61,586 bases of DNA from an uncultured Clostridia bacterium (GTDB taxonomy: Bacteria > Bacillota > Clostridia > Christensenellales > UBA1242): the NCBI GenBank assembly GCA_945928645.1, contig CAMENR010000004.1:1-61586 (forward strand), read 5' to 3'. Shown one piece after another: positions 20,555-30,546 of the stretch (its first letter is position 1; the number at the start of each line of letters is the position of its first letter). The position numbers and the translations under genes were made by a program. The notes under the pieces were generated by a model. It searched no databases. It was given only the letters and a program-made list of their open reading frames with translations, and had not been told where the DNA came from.

Positions 20555-22645
20555 ATGAGTATTAGTGAAAGTATTTTTGAAACTACCGTTGGTGGAAGAA
20601 AATTGACCGTTAAGACAGGCAAATACAGCGAACAAGCCAATGGAACTTGCTGGGTTAAATGTGGAGATACTGTTATTCAGTGCAGTGTAACCATGGCAGA
20701 AAGTCCAAGAGATGGGATAGACTTTTTCCCACTTGGTGTAGATTTTGAAGAAAAAATGTATTCTGTGGGCAAAATCCCTGGTGGATACAAAAAGAGAGAA
20801 GGTAGACCAAGCGACAAGGCTATCCTTACATCAAGACTTATAGATAGACCATTAAGACCACTTTTCCCAAAAGGGTTTTACAATGATGTCGCTGTTGTAT
20901 GCACAGCATTATCTGTGGACCCAGATATTGCACCAGAGCCTTTGGCAATGATTGCCTCTAGTGTGGCATTGTCTATTTCAGATATTCCATGGGCTGGCCC
21001 AACAGGTAGTGTTGTGGTTGGTTGTGTTGACGGGAAGTTTATCATCAACCCAACTCAAGCAGAAAGAGAAAAAAGTGATATGCATGTAACTGTTTCTGGC
21101 ACAAATGAAGCAATTCTTATGGTGGAAGCAGGAGCAAAAGAAGTGAGTGAACAAGAAATGCTAGATGCAATTATGTTTGCACACGAGGAAATTAAAAAAT
21201 TGGTTGCTTTCCAGAAAGATATCGTTGCAAAGATTGGCAAGACAAAGAGAACTGACCTACCAATTTTCGTCCCAACAGAAGATATTGACAAGGCTGTTAG
21301 AGAATATGCAGACAGCAAACTTGACTATGCTCTGGACACAACAGACAGAGAAACTCGTCAAGCCAGACAAGAAGCACTAAACGAAGAAGTATTTGAGCAT
21401 TTTGCAGAGATTTTCCCAGAGGGAAAGAAAATGATAGCTGATGTTCTTTACAAAATGACAAAAGAGAAGGTTAGAAGCAAAATCATCAACAAAGGGCAAA
21501 GACCAGACGGTAGAACACTAAAAGAGATTAGGCCTATTTGGTGTGAAGTTGGAGTGCTTCCAAGAGTTCATGGCAGTGCAGTGTTTACTCGTGGTCAAAC
21601 ACAAGTGCTTAATTGCTTGACTTTGGGGACTATTGCAGATGTTCAAAAACTGGAAGGCCTTGATGACGAAGATGCCAAAAGATATATTCATCAATACAAT
21701 ATGCCACCATATGCAACAGGTGAGGCAAGACCTCTAAAAAGCCCTGGCAGAAGGGAAATTGGGCATGGTGCATTGGCAGAAAGAGCATTGGAACCTGTTA
21801 TACCAAGTGAAGAGGAATTTCCATATGCATTGCGTCTTGTAAGTGAAGTGCTTAGTTCCAATGGTTCATCTTCTATGGCTAGTGTTTGTGGTTCTACACT
21901 TTCTCTTATGGATGCTGGTGTAAAAATTAAAGCCCCAGTTGCAGGTATCGCTATGGGACTTATCAAAGACGAACAAAGTGGCAAGGTTGCTGTTATGAGC
22001 GATATTCAGGGAATGGAAGATTTCCTTGGAGATATGGACTTTAAGGTTGCTGGCACAGAAAAAGGCATAACTGCTATCCAAATGGATATTAAGATTAAGG
22101 GAATAGACAAAAACATCTTGACAACAGCCCTAAACCAAGCCAAAGAAGGTCGTATGCATATCCTTGGAATTATGCTTGATACAATCAAAGAGCCAAGAGA
22201 AAGTCTTTCCAAATATGCTCCAAAAATAATAACATTCAATATTGACCCAGACAAAATAAGAGATGTTATTGGCACTGGTGGAAAGGTTATCAACAAGATT
22301 ATTGACGAAACTGGTGTAAAAATTGATATTGACGATGATGGCAAGGTGTTTATTGCAACCTGTGATGAAGATATGAGCAAGAGAGCCAAAGAAATTATTA
22401 TGAATATTGTTACTGACGTTGAGGTCGGTCAGAAATTTGTGGGCAAGGTTGTAAGAATAATGCAATTTGGTGCATTTGTAGAACTTGCTCCAAACAAGGA
22501 CGGAATGATACACATCTCCAAACTCTCCAAAGAAAGAGTAGAAAAAGTAACAGATGTAGTAAACATAGGCGATTCTGTTAGGGTGGAGGTTATCAAAGTA
22601 GATGACAAGGGCAGAGTAGACCTTAAACTTATTGAAAAACTTTGA
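20555..22645 (+). CDS. pnp: Polyribonucleotide nucleotidyltransferase (PNPase)
   Basis: 696 aa. Two RNase PH domains (RPLFPKGF, GRREIGHGALAERAL), a KH domain (IGTGGKVINKI) and an S1 domain (GKVVRIMQFGAFVEL). Confidence 0.97.
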   Translation: MSISESIFETTVGGRKLTVKTGKYSEQANGTCWVKCGDTVIQCSVTMAESPRDGIDFFPLGVDFEEKMYSVGKIPGGYKKREGRPSDKAILTSRLIDRPLRPLFPKGFYNDVAVVCTALSVDPDIAPEPLAMIASSVALSISDIPWAGPTGSVVVGCVDGKFIINPTQAEREKSDMHVTVSGTNEAILMVEAGAKEVSEQEMLDAIMFAHEEIKKLVAFQKDIVAKIGKTKRTDLPIFVPTEDIDKAVREYADSKLDYALDTTDRETRQARQEALNEEVFEHFAEIFPEGKKMIADVLYKMTKEKVRSKIINKGQRPDGRTLKEIRPIWCEVGVLPRVHGSAVFTRGQTQVLNCLTLGTIADVQKLEGLDDEDAKRYIHQYNMPPYATGEARPLKSPGRREIGHGALAERALEPVIPSEEEFPYALRLVSEVLSSNGSSSMASVCGSTLSLMDAGVKIKAPVAGIAMGLIKDEQSGKVAVMSDIQGMEDFLGDMDFKVAGTEKGITAIQMDIKIKGIDKNILTTALNQAKEGRMHILGIMLDTIKEPRESLSKYAPKIITFNIDPDKIRDVIGTGGKVINKIIDETGVKIDIDDDGKVFIATCDEDMSKRAKEIIMNIVTDVEVGQKFVGKVVRIMQFGAFVELAPNKDGMIHISKLSKERVEKVTDVVNIGDSVRVEVIKVDDKGRVDLKLIEKL

Positions 22646-22684
22646 TAAATTCTACTGTAATAGCTATATCATCATAATTTGAAT

Positions 22685-22762
22685 AAATGGCTATTTGCAT
22701 TGCAATAAGTGCGATTATTTTGAAAATGGCTATTTGCATTGCAATAAATATGATAATTTTGA
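22685..22762 (+). repeat. Two tandem 39-bp direct repeats, each containing the palindrome TTGCATTGCAA
   Basis: Copy 1 at 22685-22723 and copy 2 at 22724-22762 differ at about 4 positions. The palindrome in copy 1 is at 22695-22705. Confidence 0.7.
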
Positions 22763-22792
22763 AAAATTGAAAGTTTGTATAACGATAAAAAA

Positions 22793-22826
22793 ATAAGTCA
22801 AGAGATATCTCCTGGCTTATTTTTTG
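22793..22826. terminator. Hairpin terminator between convergent pnp and the minus-strand orphan
   Basis: ATAAGTCAAGAGAT / ATCTCCTGGCTTAT imperfect palindrome flanked by an A-run (5') and a T-run (3'), so it could act in both directions. Confidence 0.5.
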
Positions 22827-22984
22827 TTAAATAATATTGTTCTACACAATTTACATTATGAGTAGTTGCGAGAGAAACAAAAGTTGACTTTTGGGTATTT
22901 AGGCAACAAAAATATTACTTATGATTTATATTAAATTTTACATCATATATTATTTTGTTGTAAATTTTGCTTTTTTAATAGGAA

Positions 22985-23614
22985 TTACATATATTGTGCA
23001 TTTCTTTCTTCATTGCTGTATTCGCTAAGGCATTTTAGCAATTTGTATGCCCTTTGCTTGTGTTCAAAAAGAGAGTATTCTTCTTCTGATAGGGGATAAT
23101 ATGCCTCTTTTGAATTGTCGGCTCTTATAGATAGCAACTTGTCAAAGTTATCTTTGTCTTTTGCATCCAAGCAGTCAATTTCATCCTTTATCTGTTTGCT
23201 TGCCAGTCTATAATCTTCTTCCGAACTGCACCATAATGCATTGGATGCTTTCTCGGCAAACTGGTCTAGCATATGGTTGTAGTATAAAGGTTGGATATTT
23301 TTAATAGAAAACATTTTGAGAGATAGGAATGCAAACATATCAAACATATTGCTGGAAGAACATTTATTTCTTTCGCAAAGACCTAGCATATATTGATATT
23401 TGTTTTCTAGGTAGGCAAAAGTAGATTGCCTATCTTGAGGAGATATTTCTTTTAGCATATCATATATTTCTTGCTTGGTCGAATCATACACCCATTTGAT
23501 GTCTAATTCCTTCTTTTTTTTGTTAACAAAATTTGATGTCAGACTTTCTTTTGCGATAATATTTTGTTTTGACAATCTGACCAATTTTTCCAAAAATTCT
23601 TCTTCATTTTTCAT
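22985..23614 (-). CDS. Hypothetical protein (orphan, alpha-helical by composition)
   Basis: 209 aa from ATG 23614, preceded on the minus strand by SD AAGGAAGTG (track start 23623 is a GTG inside the SD). No recognisable motif. It is the only minus-strand gene in the first 35 kb. Confidence 0.6.
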   Translation of the reverse strand: MKNEEEFLEKLVRLSKQNIIAKESLTSNFVNKKKKELDIKWVYDSTKQEIYDMLKEISPQDRQSTFAYLENKYQYMLGLCERNKCSSSNMFDMFAFLSLKMFSIKNIQPLYYNHMLDQFAEKASNALWCSSEEDYRLASKQIKDEIDCLDAKDKDNFDKLLSIRADNSKEAYYPLSEEEYSLFEHKQRAYKLLKCLSEYSNEERNAQYM

Positions 23615-23786
23615 AGGATTCACTTCCTTTTTATTTTATAACACAAATATATCACATAATATTTTGGATTTCAATGGACAAAATGCCAAAAAAAATGTTT
23701 TTTTGTGCTATTTATAAAGGAAAATGTTACAAAAATATCCTTATTATTCCTGTTTATTTGCAAAAGTTGTTGCATATATATGAGGT

Positions 23787-24524
23787 ATGAAGATTTTTGG
23801 ATTCTTAAGCCCACGAGGTGAAAAAAGTTTTGTTCATGGCACTTGCAATGTCATTTTGGCATTGACTGTGATATGTGTATTTGCTATAAGTATTTTTGCA
23901 CCAATTTTGCCATCTACTACCACCACTTCTGCACCTATTTACAATGGCAATAGACAAGGCAATATGGTTAGCCTAATGGTCAATGTTTATTGGGGAACAG
24001 AATATCTAGATGATATGCTAAACACATTGGAAGAAGAAAATGTAAAGACCACTTTTTTTGTTGGTGGGTGTTGGGTAAGTAAAAATGGAGATATGCTAGA
24101 AAAAATATACAATGCCGGGCACGAAATTGGCAATCATGGATATAATCATAAGGACCACAAAAAACTTTCACAAGAGGCACAAAGAAGGGAAATTGAAACT
24201 AATCATAAATTGGTAAAAAGCATTATTGGCATAGAAATGAATCTTTTTGCCCCTCCATCAGGGAGTTATAACAACACAACTCTTGCAGTTGCTGAAGAGT
24301 TGGGATACAAAACAATTATGTGGAGCAAGGATACTATAGATTGGCGAGATAAAGATGAAAACACAACATTTGTTCGTGCGACCAAAGATATAAAGGCGGG
24401 CGACCTTGTGCTTATGCACCCAACACAACACACAGCAAATGCCCTTAGCAAAATAATTAAAACACTAAAAGAAAAGGGCCTTAGTGTTGCTACTGTTTCG
24501 CAAGTGTTGGGGAATACTGTTTGA
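23787..24524 (+). CDS. Polysaccharide deacetylase (NodB fold; YlxY/PdaB-like sporulation type)
   Basis: TFFVGGCWV and HEIGNHGYNH, with an N-terminal TM. Its position after pnp and before an M16 peptidase mirrors B. subtilis pnpA-ylxY-mlpA. Start-codon context is poor (GAGG only 1 nt from the ATG). Confidence 0.8.
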   Translation: MKIFGFLSPRGEKSFVHGTCNVILALTVICVFAISIFAPILPSTTTTSAPIYNGNRQGNMVSLMVNVYWGTEYLDDMLNTLEEENVKTTFFVGGCWVSKNGDMLEKIYNAGHEIGNHGYNHKDHKKLSQEAQRREIETNHKLVKSIIGIEMNLFAPPSGSYNNTTLAVAEELGYKTIMWSKDTIDWRDKDENTTFVRATKDIKAGDLVLMHPTQHTANALSKIIKTLKEKGLSVATVSQVLGNTV

Positions 24525-24693
24525 AAACAATTGTTTATAAGTCAAAAAAAAGTTGGAATTTCAATCAATTTGCAAAAAAAAGTAATATCTGTTGTTAAAA
24601 GGCGAATAAAGGGAAAAAATATTTTATTTGATAACCAATTTAATTTTCAATTTGAATAATAAGTGATATACTTAACCTTGTAAGGAGAAGATA

Positions 24694-25959
24694 ATGAAAC
24701 CAATTTGCAAGGTATTTGACAGTGGACTAAGAGCAGTGTTTACGAAGGTGGGCAAAAACAGACCAACCTCTATTTTTGTCGCAGTTGGAGTGGGGAGCAA
24801 CAAAGAAAATTTGTCAAACAATGGCATTTCTCACTTTGTAGAACATCTAAATTTTAAGGGGACATCCAAGAGAACAGCCCAACAAATTAGTATGGAGTTT
24901 GAGGACATTGGCGCTGGCGCAAATGCATGGACTAGCAAAGTTGCCACTTGTTTTTATGCAACAACACTGCCAGAAAATATGGAGCATTGCTGTGAAATTT
25001 TAAGTGATATTGTGTTAAATTCCACGTATAGTAAGGAGGATATCGACAAAGAACGCAAAGTGGTGTATGAGGAGATTGATATGACCTCAGACGACCCAGA
25101 AAGTGTTGCTTTTGATATCTTTTGCAAGCAATTTTTTGAGGGAAATACCCTTTCTCAATCTGTTTTGGGTAGCAAGGAATCATTATCTAAAATAACAAGA
25201 GAAGACATAATAGATTTTGTCAACAAAAACTACACTCCGGATAATATGGTCGTGTCTATTGTGGGAGATTATGATAAGGAATATGTTTTTGATACAGTAG
25301 CAAAGATTTTTGACTCAAAGTTTAATAGCAAAAATAAGGTTTTGAAAAAGGCTCACAATCAAAATTTTATCCCACAAAAATCTTTTTTGCAGACGCAAGC
25401 AGATTTTAATCAAACACAGGTTGCAGTGGGTTTTCCATGTGATAACTGTTTTACAAAAGACAAAATGAATTATGCTCTTTTGTGCTTTATCCTAGGCGGA
25501 AGTATGAGTTCGAGATTGTTTCAAAAAGTTAGAGAGGAAAATAGCCTTGTGTATAGTATTTCTTGTGTGCCAGAATATTACACAAATGCAGGTGATATTT
25601 GCATAGCGTTTGGGACAAGCGAAAAAAATGTAAAAAAGGCATTGGAACTTGTGAGAGATGAAGTAAAATTGTTGGTGCAAAAAGGAATAACAGATGAAGA
25701 ACTTGCAAGGGCAAAAACTTTTTGCAAAAGTTTATTGTTGTCCTCTTTTGAAAGCACTTCTAGCATCGCTAGGGCAGTGGCTACTAGTTATTTGACTTTT
25801 GATAGATTTATCTCTGTGGACGAAAGGCTTCAATCTTTGCAAAAAGCGAACAAGGAAGATATAAATGCCTTGGCAAAGAGGACTTTTGATTTTGATAAGT
25901 CTGTTACTGTCGTTTTGACCAAAAATAAAGTGAAAGGATTGGAGAATATTTTTGACTAA
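24694..25959 (+). CDS. M16 family (pitrilysin/insulinase) zinc peptidase
   Basis: HFVEHLNFKGT (inverted HxxEH zinc motif), 421 aa, SD AAGGAGAAG. Confidence 0.85.
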   Translation: MKPICKVFDSGLRAVFTKVGKNRPTSIFVAVGVGSNKENLSNNGISHFVEHLNFKGTSKRTAQQISMEFEDIGAGANAWTSKVATCFYATTLPENMEHCCEILSDIVLNSTYSKEDIDKERKVVYEEIDMTSDDPESVAFDIFCKQFFEGNTLSQSVLGSKESLSKITREDIIDFVNKNYTPDNMVVSIVGDYDKEYVFDTVAKIFDSKFNSKNKVLKKAHNQNFIPQKSFLQTQADFNQTQVAVGFPCDNCFTKDKMNYALLCFILGGSMSSRLFQKVREENSLVYSISCVPEYYTNAGDICIAFGTSEKNVKKALELVRDEVKLLVQKGITDEELARAKTFCKSLLLSSFESTSSIARAVATSYLTFDRFISVDERLQSLQKANKEDINALAKRTFDFDKSVTVVLTKNKVKGLENIFD

Positions 25960-26055
25960 AGCAAAAATTTTTGTTCGCAAAATCGGTGTAAGGATTTTGA
26001 AAGTGGAAAACATTGTGTTATACTCTCTATATAAATAGTATTAAGTGGGGAAATA

Positions 26056-29000
26056 ATGGAAGAACGGGAGAAAAATTTGTCGGTTATAAAAAAACAACTA
26101 GGCATCGTCATGATTGTTGTGGCGAGTATTTTGTTGTTTCTTACGACATTTGAATTTTTGCCAAGTGTAAAGTGGTTTTTCTTAGGCTCTTTTGGCATAA
26201 TGATATATCCAATTTTGATTATGTCAATGCTTGCAGGTGTCGCCCTTACTATGAATCAAAAATTTGTTTATTCACCTATTTACGTAGTTTATTTGGGGCT
26301 TTGCTTTTTCTTTTTTGTTTGCGTCCTGCACACTATTTTTGCTGGAACGGGCGGGGCAAATATTTCTTATGGTGAATATCTAAGTAGTTGCTACAATGCT
26401 CACTATACCCCAGGTGGAGTGGTTATTGGTGTGTTCACTTATCCACTCTCAATGCTTTTTCACGATATCGCAGGGGTGGTTATCTATGGCATTGGGCTTG
26501 TTATGTCGCTTTATTTTGTTGCTTCATATCTCGACAGTGTCAAAAAACAAAACACCAGAAAGGCTCAAGTTAAACCTATTGCACCTGTGCAGAGAGAAGT
26601 GGCTACAGCGCAAACTGTTAAGGTCCAGCAAACTCCTATTGCAGAACAACCTCAAAAATCTGATATTTTGGCGAGCGAAATAAAAGAAAACCAGTCGGAC
26701 GAAGATATTTTTATTAAGGATGAAAAAATAGCAGAACCATCGGTCAGTGAGATTGCAAAGCAGAAATTGGGGTTAAGCAAGCAAGATTTGGAGCAAAATC
26801 CTGCCGAACAAGAGGTCAGCGCCGAGAGTAAATTGTTTGGAGATAGCAAGGACAATGCAACATGGCAATCTAGGGCTTTTTATCAAGATAGACCACAAAA
26901 ATTTGTGTATGACGAGCAAGAAGGCATAAAGTCAAAAAAGAAAAATCCTATGTTTGAAAAGAATAAGGAATATCTATCCACCATACACGACATAAACAAT
27001 GTAAACGAAAATCCTATTATAAATGCAGAAGATTATGAAGACTACAAGCAAAAAATGAAGTTGTTTGGTGAGAAAAACAATGCCCCAATTTCTAGAGAAA
27101 ACACAACGGGTGGCTATGATGCAACAAGGCAAGGCAACCTTAATGACGGAGTGATAAGAGCAGAAAGAAAAGGTTATTATGATGGGAATGATAGAAACTA
27201 TGGCAATCAAAACTTTAATATTCATCAAGGGGTAGAGCCAGACGATGACAACTTTGGGATAGAGCCAGAAAGGGATAATTTCTCCAACATATCTGGCATT
27301 GATTCCATAAACTCTGATGTAACATTTGAGGAGAATAGACCAAACAATGTGTTTGATTTGGACAATACTTTTTCTCCTTCCAATTTTGACCTGCCAGATG
27401 ACAACGAAGATGATTTTATTAAGCCAGATGAAACATTTCCAAAGACAAGAAAGGTTGGTTCTGCCAGCAATTTTGAAATTGGTTCAAAGCCTCCTTATAA
27501 TGATTTAAGAGATACAAGAAGTGAAAGATTTATGGATAAGGTGGGAGATGATTCTGTAGAAGAAAGTCTTGGCAAGACGGTAAACCTATCTAATGTGCCA
27601 CCAAGGACATTTAACTTTGAGGCCATAGGGGGAGGGCAATCTACTGCTAAGAAAGTTGAACCAAATTTTGAGTATAATTCCAATTATATAAGACCACCAG
27701 TGGAAATGCTAAAAACATACACCAATGAGGCAGAAAATATTGATTATCAAGAAAAAATTGATATTTTGGAAAGGCTTCTAGAGGATTTCCGAGTGCCAGC
27801 AAAAGTGGAGGCTGTAAGACGAGGGGCAGCAGTTACTAGATACGAACTGCATATGCCAACGGGTATTTCTGTAAAGAAAATCCAAGCCCAATCGTCAGAC
27901 ATTGCTATGGCTCTTGCTGCACGTGGTGAGGTGAGGATAGAAGCTCCAATCAAAGGCAAGAGTGCTGTTGGGGTGGAAGTGCCAAACGACACAATAGACA
28001 CTGTTGGGCTAAAAGATATTATCGAGTCTGACAATTTCCAAATGGCGAAAGCACCTCTTACTTTTGCCTTGGGCAAGGATATTGACGGCAATGTAAAACT
28101 TTGCAACCTTGCAAAGATGCCACACCTTTTGGTAGCAGGTTCTACCGGTAGTGGTAAGAGTGTGTGTCTCAATTCGCTGGTTTTGAGTTTGATATACAGA
28201 ACAAGCCCAGAAGATTTGCGACTAATTATGGTTGACCCAAAGAAAGTGGAATTTACCGTATTTAACGATTTGCCACATTTGCTTATGCCAAAGGCGATAA
28301 CAGAACCAAGGAAAGCACTAGTTGCTTTTGATTGGTTGATTGATGAAATGGAACGCAGATACAGTTTGTTCCAAGGGGTATATGCAAGAAACATTGAGGA
28401 GTATAACTCTCAACCAGAAGTCAAAAACAAGCAAAAGCCAAAACTTCCTTATATTGTGCTTATTGTTGACGAACTGGCAGATCTTGTTGTTACAACAGGC
28501 AAAAAGGAATTGGAAGAAAGAATTATTAGGCTTACTCAAAAGGCAAGGGCGGCAGGTATTCACCTTATACTTGCTACACAAAGACCTTCTGTGGATATTA
28601 TCACAGGAAGTATCAAAATTAACCTTCCAAGCAGAATTGCATTCGCAGTGTCCAGCGGTTTTGACTCCAAGACCATTTTGGATAGACCTGGTGCTGAGAA
28701 ATTGCTGGGCAGAGGGGATATGCTGTATATGCCACCAGACGGAGAGATGATTCGTGTGCAAGGGGCATTTGTTGATACGCCTGAAGTAAAGGCAGTGTGT
28801 GATTTTATCAGAGATCACAACCCTTGTGTGTATGATGAAAACATAGAAAAGGCAATTATGAATGATGGTGCTCCAAATGGTGGAGATGCTGGTGGTGGGT
28901 TGTCATCCACTCCAAGTATGGACTCTCTGTTGCCTGATGCACTAAAACATGCAATAGAAAGCAGGCAAGTGTCTATTTCTATGCTTCAACGAAGGTTTGC

Positions 29001-29136
29001 CATTGGCTATCAAAGAGCCGCAAAAATTATTGATCAAATGGAAGCGGCAGGATTTATATCTGGCTCAGACGGTAGCAAACCTCGAACTGTCTTTGCAACA
29101 ATGGAAGACTACAATAAATTGTTTGGTGGAGTATAA
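26056..29136 (+). CDS. ftsK: DNA translocase FtsK/SpoIIIE
   Basis: N-terminal 4-5 TM helices and a linker of about 430 aa that is low complexity. Motor has Walker A AGSTGSGKS, Walker B IVDELADL and ATQRPSVD. C-terminal gamma wHTH (ISMLQRRFAIGYQRAAKIIDQME). Confidence 0.93.
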   Translation: MEEREKNLSVIKKQLGIVMIVVASILLFLTTFEFLPSVKWFFLGSFGIMIYPILIMSMLAGVALTMNQKFVYSPIYVVYLGLCFFFFVCVLHTIFAGTGGANISYGEYLSSCYNAHYTPGGVVIGVFTYPLSMLFHDIAGVVIYGIGLVMSLYFVASYLDSVKKQNTRKAQVKPIAPVQREVATAQTVKVQQTPIAEQPQKSDILASEIKENQSDEDIFIKDEKIAEPSVSEIAKQKLGLSKQDLEQNPAEQEVSAESKLFGDSKDNATWQSRAFYQDRPQKFVYDEQEGIKSKKKNPMFEKNKEYLSTIHDINNVNENPIINAEDYEDYKQKMKLFGEKNNAPISRENTTGGYDATRQGNLNDGVIRAERKGYYDGNDRNYGNQNFNIHQGVEPDDDNFGIEPERDNFSNISGIDSINSDVTFEENRPNNVFDLDNTFSPSNFDLPDDNEDDFIKPDETFPKTRKVGSASNFEIGSKPPYNDLRDTRSERFMDKVGDDSVEESLGKTVNLSNVPPRTFNFEAIGGGQSTAKKVEPNFEYNSNYIRPPVEMLKTYTNEAENIDYQEKIDILERLLEDFRVPAKVEAVRRGAAVTRYELHMPTGISVKKIQAQSSDIAMALAARGEVRIEAPIKGKSAVGVEVPNDTIDTVGLKDIIESDNFQMAKAPLTFALGKDIDGNVKLCNLAKMPHLLVAGSTGSGKSVCLNSLVLSLIYRTSPEDLRLIMVDPKKVEFTVFNDLPHLLMPKAITEPRKALVAFDWLIDEMERRYSLFQGVYARNIEEYNSQPEVKNKQKPKLPYIVLIVDELADLVVTTGKKELEERIIRLTQKARAAGIHLILATQRPSVDIITGSIKINLPSRIAFAVSSGFDSKTILDRPGAEKLLGRGDMLYMPPDGEMIRVQGAFVDTPEVKAVCDFIRDHNPCVYDENIEKAIMNDGAPNGGDAGGGLSSTPSMDSLLPDALKHAIESRQVSISMLQRRFAIGYQRAAKIIDQMEAAGFISGSDGSKPRTVFATMEDYNKLFGGV

Positions 29137-29155
29137 ATTTGGAGTAAAAGATAAA

Positions 29156-30496
29156 ATGCAAAAAACTGATGAAAAACTAAAAGTTGGATTTGTTTCGCTG
29201 GGATGCGACAAAAACAGAGTGGACACCGAGAGGGTTGTGTCCATTTTGTCCTGTTATGACCGCTTTGAATTTTCGCCCAAAGCAGATCAATGCGATATAA
29301 TATTTATAAACACCTGTGCCTTTTTGAAAGCCTCTCGTGATGAAGCAGAGAGCATTATAAAGGAAATGAGTGAATATAAAAAACGGGGTTCTCTAAAATT
29401 TCTCATTGTTATGGGTTGCCTTCCTATGCTGGGGCCTGACGAAATGCTCAAAAAATTTCCACTGGTGGACAAGGCAATGGTGGCTGATGAATATGACAAG
29501 GTGGACAAAATAGTATTTGACCTTTTAGCAGAAAAGATGCCAAAGGGCAAGCGAAATGATGATTTTCGCAACAAGACAACCACAGGGCATTATGCCTATC
29601 TAAAGATTGCTGATGGTTGCTCCAATAGATGCGCCTTTTGTAAAATACCATATATAAGAGGCAATTATAAATCCGAAAAAATGGACAAGGTAGTTGCCGA
29701 AGGGGAGTATTTGTGCGAAAATGGGGCAAAAGAATTGATACTCGTTGCACAAGATATTACAAGGTTTGGTTGTGAAACCAATGGCAAAGAATCCTTGCCT
29801 TTGCTACTAAAAAAATTATCTAAAATAAAAAAATTAAGTTGGATAAGGTTGTTGTATTGCTATCCGGAGAAGGTAACTGACGAATTGATAGAGGAAATAA
29901 AGAACAACCCAAAAGTTTTGCACTATATTGATATGCCACTTCAACATATCAGCGATAATGTGTTGCACGCAATGAACAGGCAAAGCACTAGCGAGAGCAT
30001 AAAAAATCTTATTGAAAAATTGAGAAAGGAAATACCTGACATAGCAATAAGGTCAACCTTTATGGTGGGCTTCCCAGGGGAAACTGATGAAGATGTAAAG
30101 GAACTTATCAAATTTTTGAAAAAGGCAAAACTTGATAATGTAGGCTTCTTCAAATACTCTAGAGAAGAAGGGACACCTGCTTACTTGATGAAAGACCAAA
30201 TATCAGAAACAAAGAAAGATGAAAGGCTAGCATTGGTTCAAAAGACACAAAAAGCAGTGGCAACAAAAATCAACAAATCTAGGGTAGGAAAAACCTTTAA
30301 GGTGTTAATAGACAGATTTGACAGCGAACTAAATTGTTATGTGGGAAGGGCATATTTTTGTGCCCCAGATGTAGATTTCGAGATATACTTTTCTTCCTTT
30401 AAGAAGCACAAAATAGGTTCGTTTGCTGATGTTAAGATTATTAAGTATGTAGACGAAGTTTTTGTTGGGGAAGTGGAGCAAACAACAACATATTAA
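29156..30496 (+). CDS. rimO: Ribosomal protein S12 methylthiotransferase RimO
   Basis: VGFVSLGCDKNRVDTE (UPF0004 domain), radical SAM CSNRCAFC and a C-terminal TRAM domain. ATG 29156 chosen; the track start 28997 lies inside ftsK. Confidence 0.9.
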   Translation: MQKTDEKLKVGFVSLGCDKNRVDTERVVSILSCYDRFEFSPKADQCDIIFINTCAFLKASRDEAESIIKEMSEYKKRGSLKFLIVMGCLPMLGPDEMLKKFPLVDKAMVADEYDKVDKIVFDLLAEKMPKGKRNDDFRNKTTTGHYAYLKIADGCSNRCAFCKIPYIRGNYKSEKMDKVVAEGEYLCENGAKELILVAQDITRFGCETNGKESLPLLLKKLSKIKKLSWIRLLYCYPEKVTDELIEEIKNNPKVLHYIDMPLQHISDNVLHAMNRQSTSESIKNLIEKLRKEIPDIAIRSTFMVGFPGETDEDVKELIKFLKKAKLDNVGFFKYSREEGTPAYLMKDQISETKKDERLALVQKTQKAVATKINKSRVGKTFKVLIDRFDSELNCYVGRAYFCAPDVDFEIYFSSFKKHKIGSFADVKIIKYVDEVFVGEVEQTTTY

Positions 30497-30532
30497 ATTT
30501 TTGTTGGGGAAGTGGAGAAACAACATATTAAA
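30459..30532 (+). repeat. Tandem duplication of the last 12 codons or so plus stop of rimO
   Basis: TTTTTGTTGGGGAAGTGGAGCAAACAACAACATATTAAA (30459-30497) is followed directly by TTTTTGTTGGGGAAGTGGAGAAACAACATATTAAA (30498-30532). Confidence 0.85.
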
Positions 30533-30546
30533 TTTTGGAGGGAAAA

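Noticed and set aside
22685-22762. Possible mini-CRISPR or transposon terminal inverted repeats
   Set aside because: There are only two directly adjacent copies with no spacer, no matching inverted copy on the other side of the orphan gene, and no transposase.
27747-28394. 215-aa minus-strand ORF inside the ftsK motor domain
   Set aside because: It is a shadow ORF antisense to the conserved FtsK ATPase.
28997-29155. Track start 28997 for rimO
   Set aside because: The extension lies inside the ftsK gamma domain in another frame. The conserved RimO N-terminus (KVGFVSLGC) follows ATG 29156, which has an SD.
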